Below are positions 56,890 through 64,000 of a DNA stretch of 64,000 nucleotides, piece by piece. Numbering within the stretch: the first letter of the stretch is position 1; the number at the start of each line of letters is the position of its first letter. Position numbers and translations under genes: made by a program. Source of the stretch: an uncultured Candidatus Binatia bacterium (GTDB lineage: Bacteria > Desulfobacterota > Binatia > Bin18); NCBI GenBank assembly GCA_965200965.1, contig OZ241744.1:2624001-2688000 (forward strand), read 5' to 3'. The notes under the pieces were generated by a model. It was not told where the DNA came from. It made no database searches and was given only the letters and a program-made list of their open reading frames with translations.

Positions 56890-57347
56890 CCTTCGGCTAG
56901 CACGGTCAGGGAGACACCTGTGCCGAGTTGACATAAGACAGCCTCTAGCGTGCCGGCCTTAGTGGCATGGTCGGGGTTCAACATACGCCGAACCTCGTTT
57001 TCAGCAATGCCCAGGCTGCGGGCGAGAGCGCGTTGCGATATGTCGGCTTGGCGATAGGCTTGGCAGAAGGCCGCTTTCAGGGCGATCTGCAACGGCAGAA
57101 CGACCAACGACCGTCGTTTGCTGGCGCGTGACGGCTCGGGTAAGGCTCGGCCTTCGCGGATCGTTGCAGCGATCAATTCCCGGAGCAAGTCCTTAGCCTC
57201 GTCCAGCGCCTCATCAACCGTGGTTTTCCGATCGCCCACATAGAATGTCCCATGCGAGCCTGCCCCTTTCGAGGCTATGAAGTTTGTCGCCCGACCCCTG
57301 GATTTGGTCCACTTGCGTGCGCGCTGCATGAATCGTCGTCCAGTCAC
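56890..57347 (-). pseudogene. In-frame hicA(5')-hicB(3') toxin-antitoxin fusion remnant
   Basis: HicA-like start (F..RARKW...KGAGSHGTFYVGDRKTTV) runs directly into HicB-like DEALDEAKD.L....I..GR.LP.PS plus a Cro-type HTH. Confidence 0.65.
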
Positions 57348-57451
57348 AGCCCTCGTCCTGGGGGCAACCGTACGCACAAAAATGAGCGCGCATCAAAGGG
57401 ATGAGGGGAGAGAACAGCCGCAGGTAAAAACTCGCCCTCTCACTCCTGTCT

Positions 57452-57541
57452 GCCGGGACACCAAGCCCGAACTTCTCGCGGATTCGGACCTCAAGGTCGG
57501 CCGCAATCTCAGGATTCTCTCGCAGACAGGTCTTGGCGTTC
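57452..57541 (-). repeat. 90-bp direct duplicate of the recA 3' end
   Basis: Matches 58481-58570 with two substitutions. Confidence 0.9.
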
Positions 57542-57686
57542 AGCAATTGCTTTCAGTAACCCATGAGCATCAACCGGGGGTCTCTGATAGTACAATTGCT
57601 TGAGATCGCTAAGGCTCTTTGCAATTGAACAGTAAGCGCTCACCGTGGGCCCAAGTCGGACACTCTCGTCGTAATCGTGTATAGCT

Positions 57687-57992
57687 TCAATCCAATGGTC
57701 CTTTTTTCAGCCTCTTTATCCAGGGTAGAGTGCGTGAAGAAAGCTCATACACCGAGAATAATATGGCGGAGACCGCCACGTTTCCATATTGCCCGCAGGT
57801 CTGCTGCGCCCAGGCATCAATGATGGATTGGACGGCCAGGGCGGATGCACTCGTAACCGGTACCCTATTCCTACTCAATTCCTCCATGACTATGGGGCCA
57901 TGGTACGGCTTGGCTAACTCCGCCATCATCTCTGCGCAACCGACCCGGGCACAGACACCGACCAGGATGACCACCATTGGCAGCGCTCTCAT
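57687..57992 (-). CDS. Hypothetical putative lipoprotein, possibly degraded
   Basis: gagggg RBS, hydrophobic N-terminus with VGC. Confidence 0.4.
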   Translation of the reverse strand: MRALPMVVILVGVCARVGCAEMMAELAKPYHGPIVMEELSRNRVPVTSASALAVQSIIDAWAQQTCGQYGNVAVSAILFSVYELSSRTLPWIKRLKKGPLD

Positions 57993-58012
57993 CGGCCCCT
58001 CTCTGGTATGGC

Positions 58013-58426
58013 TCACGCGCTGCGGCGGAGCAACTCCGCCAGGACTTGGCTTTGCCGTTCGAGGGCTTGGCCTTGCCGTTCGAGGGCTTGGCCTTGCCGT
58101 TCGAGGGCTTGGCCTAAAGTTTGGCCTTGCCGTTCGAGGGCTTGGCCTAAAGTTTGGCCTTGCCGTTCGAGGGCTTGGCTTTGCCGTTCGAGGGCTTGGC
58201 CTTGCCGTTCGAGGGCTTGGCCTTGCCGTTCGAGGGCTTGGCCCAAGGTTTGGCCTTGCCGTTCAAGGGCACGGGTGCTCTCCCGCATGGTCTCGGCCAA
58301 TACATCAATTTCCTGGTCGCGCCGACGGCCAGCTTGCCGCATCTGGACCAAGCCCCAGAAAATCGCGCCCAGGCCAAGCCCACTGAGGCCGAGCTGTGCC
58401 CACATGCCGATGATCTGCTGTTCCAT
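58013..58426 (-). CDS. Small TM + ALERQGQ heptad-repeat coiled-coil protein
   Basis: TM helix followed by about nine 21-bp units with occasional 12-bp TLGQ spacers. Confidence 0.75.
   Translation of the reverse strand: MEQQIIGMWAQLGLSGLGLGAIFWGLVQMRQAGRRRDQEIDVLAETMRESTRALERQGQTLGQALERQGQALERQGQALERQSQALERQGQTLGQALERQGQTLGQALERQGQALERQGQALERQSQVLAELLRRSA
58048..58270. repeat. 21-bp tandem repeat array (ggccttgccgttcgagggctt)
   Basis: Directly visible near-identical units. Confidence 0.9.
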
Positions 58427-58473
58427 CTTGTCTTCCGGCGAAGCGACCCACCTTATTCGGCGGGTTCCTGTGG

Positions 58474-59493
58474 CTAGTAGGCCGGGACACCAATCCCGAA
58501 CTTCTCGCGGATTCGGACCTCAAGGTCGGCCGCAATCTCAGGATTCTCTCGCAGATAGGTCTTGGCGTTCTCCCGGCCCTGGCCAATCCGGTCTCCGCTG
58601 TACGAATACCAGGCCCCGGCTTTCTCGATAATGCCCTGGTCGGTCCCGATGTCGATCAGCTCGCCCTCTTTTGACACCCCCCGGCCGTACACGACATCAA
58701 ACTCCGCCTCCTTGAACGGCGGCGCAAGCTTGTTTTTCACCACCTTGACCCTGGTGCGATTGCCGATAACGGCGTCAGTGCTCTTGACCGCCCCGGTCCG
58801 GCGGATGTCCAAGCGGACCGAGGCGTAAAATTTGAGGGCGTTGCCGCCGGTCGTGGTCTCGGGGTTGCCGAACATCACGCCGATCTTCATTCGGACCTGG
58901 TTAATGAAGATAACCATCGTTTTTGAGCGCGAAATCGTGCCGACCAGCTTACGCAGGGCTTGGGACATGAGGCGGGCCTGGAGTCCCATCTGGGGCTCGC
59001 CCATCTCTCCTTCAATCTCTGCCCGGGGGACGAGGGCGGCCACCGAGTCAACCACCACGACATCAATCGCCCCGCTGCGCACCAGGGTTTCGGTAATCTC
59101 AAGGGCCTGCTCCCCGTTGTCCGGCTGGGAGATCAGCAGTTCGTCACTCTGTACGCCCAGCTTTTTGGCATAGGCCATATCGAGGGCGTGTTCGGCGTCC
59201 ACAAAGGCGCAGGTACCGCCCGCTTTCTGGGCCTGGGCCACTACATGCAGGGCCAGGGTCGTTTTTCCCGAAGACTCGGGGCCATAGATTTCAATCACCC
59301 GACCGCGCGGCAGCCCACCGATACCCAAGGCCAGGTCGAGGCTCAGCGAACCGGTCGAGATGGACTCAATGTCCTCAATGACGGCATCTTCGCCAAAGCG
59401 CATAATTGAGCCTTTGCCAAACTGCTTTTCAATCTGGCTGACCGCTAAATCAAGCGCACGTTCACGGTCTCTGGCGTCTTTTTCACTCGCCAT
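58474..59493 (-). CDS. recA: Recombinase RecA
   Basis: [34 protein letters not shown]. Confidence 0.98.
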   Translation of the reverse strand: MASEKDARDRERALDLAVSQIEKQFGKGSIMRFGEDAVIEDIESISTGSLSLDLALGIGGLPRGRVIEIYGPESSGKTTLALHVVAQAQKAGGTCAFVDAEHALDMAYAKKLGVQSDELLISQPDNGEQALEITETLVRSGAIDVVVVDSVAALVPRAEIEGEMGEPQMGLQARLMSQALRKLVGTISRSKTMVIFINQVRMKIGVMFGNPETTTGGNALKFYASVRLDIRRTGAVKSTDAVIGNRTRVKVVKNKLAPPFKEAEFDVVYGRGVSKEGELIDIGTDQGIIEKAGAWYSYSGDRIGQGRENAKTYLRENPEIAADLEVRIREKFGIGVPAY

Positions 59494-59561
59494 AGCTCGC
59501 TCCTTCGTGTCTGCACAGTGGACGATGATCTCTTCGGAGGGTAGCGTTGCCCACTTTGGGT

Positions 59562-60845
59562 CTATCTGCGAATAAAACTCGCCTCATTGATCGGGAGGCC
59601 GAGCAGTGCCCGTCGGACCCAGTCAAGGGCCAGTTGGGAGATGAGGGTTTTGATCCAGTCCCGGTTGCCCCACAGGGCGTAGCGACGTGAGACCAGGGCA
59701 CTGTCGCTGGCCAGGGCCAGACAGGCCGTGCCAACCGGCTTGTCCCCGGTGGCCCCATCCGGGCCGGCAATGCCGGTTATCGCAAGACCGATATCGGTGG
59801 CGAGCCGTTCACGCGCGCCGGTCGCCATTTCGCCCACGACCTCTTCACTGACCGCTCCGTGGAGCTGCAAGGTGTCGGGTTTGACGCCTAAGATCTGAAT
59901 TTTGGCCGCGTCCGAATAGGCGACAAGCGTGCCGTGGAAGTAGGCCGAACTGCCCGGCACATTGGTCACCCGATGACCGACCAGACCGCCCGAACAGGCT
60001 TCGGCCAAGCCGAGCGTCTTGCCGTTTTCTTTGAGCAGGCGGCCCGCCACTTCTTCCATGCTGACATCACCCTCGCCGTAGATGTAGGGGCCGATCCTGG
60101 CGCGGATGCGCTCGGACAGGCTCTCCAGGCGTTGCTCGGCATCGCCCGGCTTGCCACGCACCGTCACCCGCATGGAGATCTGCGGAAAATTGGCCCGAAA
60201 GGCGAGACGGCCCTCCTCCGTGCCAATCGTCCCGGCGATCATCTCGTCAAGCCCGGATTCGCTGATCCCGAAAGTCTGAAAGGTGCGGGTCAGAAATAGT
60301 TCACCCCCGCCGCGCATCTCGCGGACCCACGGCAAGACCGTCTCTTCCATCATCGGTTTCATTTCGCGCGGTACGCCGGGCAACACAATCAGATGTTTTG
60401 TGCCGTGGGGCGTGTCGAGGTCAAGCCGATAGCCGGGGGCTGTGCCCAGATGGTTGGGAACGATGACCGCGCCGGCTGGGAACTGGGCCTGTTTCAGGTT
60501 GTTCTCAGGCATGACCCGATCGAATGAGGCAAACAAACGCCGGATATTCTCGGCCACCTCTTCGGAAAAGGTCAGCTCCACTCCGGCAACTTTAGCCACG
60601 AGTTCGGTAGTCAGGTCATCGGTCGTCGGCCCGATACCGCCCGTTGAGACAATCACATCGGCCTGCTCCATCGCCTGCCGCCAAGCCCACACGATCCGCT
60701 CAGCCACATCGCCGACGGTAATCACCGTCGTTATCTCCATCCCCGCCTCGACAAACTTGTCGGCAATGTGATTGGCGTTGGTATCGACCACTTTGCCAGT
60801 CGTGATCTCGTCCCCAGTGCTGAGAATAGCCACACGTTCAATCAT
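59562..60845 (-). CDS. cinA: Competence/damage-inducible protein CinA
   Basis: GDE...G..VDTN, GG.GPT.DD.T, GTAPG, LPGVP.EM, PncC domain ITGIAGP.G. Confidence 0.92.
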   Translation of the reverse strand: MIERVAILSTGDEITTGKVVDTNANHIADKFVEAGMEITTVITVGDVAERIVWAWRQAMEQADVIVSTGGIGPTTDDLTTELVAKVAGVELTFSEEVAENIRRLFASFDRVMPENNLKQAQFPAGAVIVPNHLGTAPGYRLDLDTPHGTKHLIVLPGVPREMKPMMEETVLPWVREMRGGGELFLTRTFQTFGISESGLDEMIAGTIGTEEGRLAFRANFPQISMRVTVRGKPGDAEQRLESLSERIRARIGPYIYGEGDVSMEEVAGRLLKENGKTLGLAEACSGGLVGHRVTNVPGSSAYFHGTLVAYSDAAKIQILGVKPDTLQLHGAVSEEVVGEMATGARERLATDIGLAITGIAGPDGATGDKPVGTACLALASDSALVSRRYALWGNRDWIKTLISQLALDWVRRALLGLPINEASFIRR

Positions 60846-61303
60846 ACGACACCTCTCGTGAGCAGGCGGAGTACGAGATTTGCGTACAGGCCCGCAACAA
60901 CATCGTCAAACACTATTCCAAGCCCGCCGGCCACCTGGCGATCAAAGTAGCGCGCTGGCGGGGGCTTGAAGATATCAAACAGGCGGAAAAGCGCAAAGGC
61001 GATGAGCAGGCGAGGCAGGGTAAGCTCGAGCCAGGCGGTCGCGCACAAGAAACCGGCGATCTCATCAATGACGATCTTGCTGCTATCGTGCTCGCCGAGG
61101 TAGCCTTCAGCCGCGCCGGCCAGCCAACAGGCCACCCCAATCAGCACGCTGAGAGCGACGATCTGGAGGGCGGGCGACAAGGCGAACAGCGCTGCGGAGA
61201 CAAAAATCAGCGGCAGCGCAGCCAGGGAGCCAAGCGTTCCTGACGCAACGGGCGCGTAACCCAGGTAGGCCCCGGTAGCCAGGAACAGAATCAGCCTACG
61301 CAC
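60842..61303 (-). CDS. pgpA: Phosphatidylglycerophosphatase A
   Basis: GT.GS, D.S.IVIDE..G, FRLFDI.KP, G.GI..DD..AG. Confidence 0.92.
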   Translation of the reverse strand: MRRLILFLATGAYLGYAPVASGTLGSLAALPLIFVSAALFALSPALQIVALSVLIGVACWLAGAAEGYLGEHDSSKIVIDEIAGFLCATAWLELTLPRLLIAFALFRLFDIFKPPPARYFDRQVAGGLGIVFDDVVAGLYANLVLRLLTRGVV

Positions 61304-62550
61304 GAGAGACCCGGCCCTGAGAGACTGTTTTGCAGGGCATCTCGAAAATCTGGATGGGCAATGTCGATCAGGGCTTCGGCTCGGGCCTGAAGGTCTTTGC
61401 CTTTGAGCCGGGCGGCACCGTATTCGGTAATAATATAATCGGTACAGAAGCGTGGGGTAGTCACCATCGCCCCGGTGGCCAGACGCGGCACAATTTTTGA
61501 GTGCTTGCCGTCTTCGGTGGTTGACGGCAGGGCGATGATCGAAACGCCCTCCTCTGACAGCGCAGCGGCCTCAACGTAGTCCAGACTGCCGCCCACGCCG
61601 CTGATCTGGACCGGCCCGATGGTCTCGCCGTTGCTCTGACCGTGGAGGTCAATTTCGACCGCGGAGTTGATGGACACAAAGCGGGGCAGTTTGGCCAGCA
61701 GCAAGATGTTGTGCGTCACGCTCGAAGTGACCATCTGTACGCTCGGCGTCTGACCACAAAAGTCATACAGGTCCTGATTGCCGGCCAACTCACCGGTCAC
61801 GAGCGTGGGCGTGTGGCGGACCTTGTCCATGAACTCGATCAGCCCCTGCGAGAGCATGCCCGAGTACAGGTTGACCCCGCGTTTTTCGGCCAGACGGCCC
61901 AACACCATATCGGGCACAGAGCCGACGCCCAGCTGCACCCAGGCGTTGTCCGGCACCAGCCCCAAGACGGTCTCGGCGATCTGCTGGTCCCGTTCGGTCT
62001 GGTGTGGGGCGGTGTAGACGCCGAGCGGCTCGGACGACTCAATCGCATAGTCAATTTTATCGACTGGCACCCGGCTGTTGCCGGCGGTCATCGGCATATT
62101 GGGGTTGAGCTCGGCAATTACCAGCTTGGCGCTGTCAATGAAGTCCTGGTAGAGGCTGACCGAAATCCCCAGACTGACCATACCATCGCCGTCCGGCGGC
62201 GAGACCTGAGCGACGACCGCGTCCGGCTTGATCAGTCCATTTTTGTTAACAATTCTGGTGATCTCGCTAAACCGCATCGGCACGAAGCCGACCTTGCCGG
62301 CTTTGAACAAATGGCGAATCTGGGGAGCCGCCTGCCAGGTTTTATACACAAAGTTTGTGCCCAGGCCGGTGCGCAAAAACGGGTAGGAGCCAAAGGCCAG
62401 GCCGGAATAAATCGTCAGATTGCTGAAGCGCTCAACCTCTTGTCCAAAGGCCCGATAAAATGTCGTCGGCTCAACACAGCCGTGGGGGAAAATAAGGGTG
62501 CTGGCGTCGGGAATGGCCTGGATGGCCTGGCTGGGACTTACAAGTTTCAT
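61291..62550 (-). CDS. Acetyl-CoA hydrolase/transferase family protein
   Basis: SPPD..G..SLG, QLGVG.VP, SINSA.EIDL.GQ, SG.GG..D, TEYG.A.L.GK. Confidence 0.9.
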   Translation of the reverse strand: MKLVSPSQAIQAIPDASTLIFPHGCVEPTTFYRAFGQEVERFSNLTIYSGLAFGSYPFLRTGLGTNFVYKTWQAAPQIRHLFKAGKVGFVPMRFSEITRIVNKNGLIKPDAVVAQVSPPDGDGMVSLGISVSLYQDFIDSAKLVIAELNPNMPMTAGNSRVPVDKIDYAIESSEPLGVYTAPHQTERDQQIAETVLGLVPDNAWVQLGVGSVPDMVLGRLAEKRGVNLYSGMLSQGLIEFMDKVRHTPTLVTGELAGNQDLYDFCGQTPSVQMVTSSVTHNILLLAKLPRFVSINSAVEIDLHGQSNGETIGPVQISGVGGSLDYVEAAALSEEGVSIIALPSTTEDGKHSKIVPRLATGAMVTTPRFCTDYIITEYGAARLKGKDLQARAEALIDIAHPDFRDALQNSLSGPGLSCVG

Positions 62551-62625
62551 GCTGGCCTCGCTGTGGGCGTGTCATCCACGGCGTCTCTCGACACCGTATG
62601 ATGACAAGCAGCCCGCGTCCAGTGC

Positions 62626-63651
62626 TCAGGGAATAATCGCATACTTGACCCCCCGCCCCTGCTGTAAGAGTGCAAACACCGCCGGAAGCTCGATCAGGGG
62701 ATAGCTGGCACTGATCAGGGCGGCGCTTGGAATGGTTCCGCTTGCCAGCAATTCGCAGGCGCGCCGCACAGCCGGAGGAGTAAAATGGAAGGGGCTGAAC
62801 AGGCGGACCTGATCGTAGTGGACCCGATAGGTATCAAGGGCGATCGTTGTTCCCGGCGGACAGCCGCCAAAGAGGATCAGCTGGCCACCCGGACGGGGCC
62901 AAAAAACCGCCTCCTGCCACACCTGGGGCTGGGCGGTACACTCCACAACGAGGTCGGCCCCCCGCCCGCGGGTGAGGCGCAACACCTCCTCACGGGCGTC
63001 TTCGGCCGAACGGGCAATAATCCCGCTGGCCCCGAGTCGGCGGGCAATCTCGGCCCGGTCCGGGTTGCGGGCCACCACATACACCCGCTCAACCCCGAGC
63101 AGGCGCAAGACCGCCAGATGCAGCAGACCAAAAGCGCCTGCGCCAATGATGAGCGCGGTGTCGTCGGGCCGCAGGGCGATGGGCTCAAGACCAAACACCA
63201 CGCACGACAGAGGCTCTAGCAGACACGCCTCGGCAAAAGACAGTCGCTCAGGCTTGGGGAAGAGATTGGTCCGGTGAACCCGGGCCGGAATCCGTACATA
63301 TTCGGCGTAGCCGCCGAGTGCCATCGTCTCCATGAGCGACACGCACAGGTTTTCCTGCCCACGCTGACAGTAAAAACAGCGCCCGCACGGGCCGGTCGGA
63401 GCAAGCATCACGGCGTCGCCCTCACGAACAGACCGCACCCGACTACCGCAGGCAGCCACCGTGCCGGCGTACTCATGGCCAAATCGCACCGGTGTCGGCC
63501 ATTTGGGATGGCCGCGGCGGAAGGCTTTGAGGTCGGTGCCACACGTCAGCGCGGCACCGACCTTCAGCACAATCTCGTCCTCTTCAGGCTGAGGGACGGG
63601 GGTGTGCTGCACAACCATCCGGCCCGGACCAAGCAACATCACGGCTTGCAT
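62626..63651 (-). CDS. Zinc-dependent alcohol/polyol dehydrogenase (MDR family)
   Basis: CGTD, GHE, CGRCFYC......NLC, GAG.FG. Confidence 0.9.
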   Translation of the reverse strand: MQAVMLLGPGRMVVQHTPVPQPEEDEIVLKVGAALTCGTDLKAFRRGHPKWPTPVRFGHEYAGTVAACGSRVRSVREGDAVMLAPTGPCGRCFYCQRGQENLCVSLMETMALGGYAEYVRIPARVHRTNLFPKPERLSFAEACLLEPLSCVVFGLEPIALRPDDTALIIGAGAFGLLHLAVLRLLGVERVYVVARNPDRAEIARRLGASGIIARSAEDAREEVLRLTRGRGADLVVECTAQPQVWQEAVFWPRPGGQLILFGGCPPGTTIALDTYRVHYDQVRLFSPFHFTPPAVRRACELLASGTIPSAALISASYPLIELPAVFALLQQGRGVKYAIIP

Positions 63652-63659
63652 GAGGAGGC

Positions 63660-63959
63660 TCACCACAGCAGCGGACGAACGTGGAAATGATAATGGTCGG
63701 GAATCTGGCGCATGACGTGATCGAACGTCCACCTGGGAAACTGGCCGGTGTATTTCTGCTCGGCAACCAGATTGAGCGCCTCTTCCATGAAGGCGACCTC
63801 ATCCGGGGTGAGCTCAACCCGGTGTTCGGCCAGGACGGCGATCGGCACCTCGCAGGCATCGCAGTCGAGGATGGTAAACTTCAGCGGCTGGTGAAACTCC
63901 GCATACCAGGGGGTGTAGTGGGCCAGTTCACACAGGTCGCACACCCGGCCCGAGGCCAT
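63660..63959 (-). CDS. Small Zn-binding HIT-like protein
   Basis: CDLC, CDAC and C-terminal PDHYHFH. Confidence 0.65.
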   Translation of the reverse strand: MASGRVCDLCELAHYTPWYAEFHQPLKFTILDCDACEVPIAVLAEHRVELTPDEVAFMEEALNLVAEQKYTGQFPRWTFDHVMRQIPDHYHFHVRPLLW

Positions 63960-64000
63960 GCTGCCGACTGGGGGTGGCTGATAACCGGCCGGCCGCACAA

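Noticed and set aside
58048-58270. Possible CRISPR array
   Set aside because: The units are contiguous 21-bp coding repeats with no unique spacers, and no cas genes are present.
57452-58570. recA duplicate as a DGR template/variable repeat pair (both mismatches fall at recA adenines)
   Set aside because: Only two differences, no reverse transcriptase in the window, and RecA is an implausible target.

Overview
GC-rich bacterial chromosomal window. The gene content (deltaproteobacterial-like housekeeping genes, many small coiled-coil ORFs, decayed fragments) is reminiscent of Binatia-type or host-associated lineages; this is inference only. Housekeeping blocks: cca/murF/moeA, ileS-lspA, a Gld-like ABC operon, rmlBAD, glk, a bamD-thiF-thrC-moaD-thiF-cysD-cysNC sulfur cluster, pyrB, and pgpA-cinA-recA. 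An ~10.7 kb minus-strand defence island (5.3-16.1 kb) carries Fic, a type IIG-like R-M enzyme broken by an in-frame TGA, a Dam/ParB-like/nuclease trio and a DUF1828-type pair, and is punctuated by GTAG-type REP palindromes. The most striking hidden signal is a family of ~51-bp covarying hairpin elements (AAGG-N7-GTGTC-19 nt loop ending GGAAGGC-GACAC-N7-CCTT). They are inserted in frame, always in sense orientation, into cca (twice), murF and an FAD oxidoreductase, with more diverged or partial copies in the R-M gene, a ThiF paralog and the ileS-lspA junction. Other oddities: a nuclease with a SeqA-like domain followed by an out-of-frame second copy of that domain, a hicA-hicB in-frame fusion, a 90-bp duplication of the recA 3' end, and a dispersed TM+heptad-repeat microprotein family. 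No rRNA, tRNA, CRISPR array, integrase or transposase was recognised. All family assignments come from motif recognition by eye, not from database searches.
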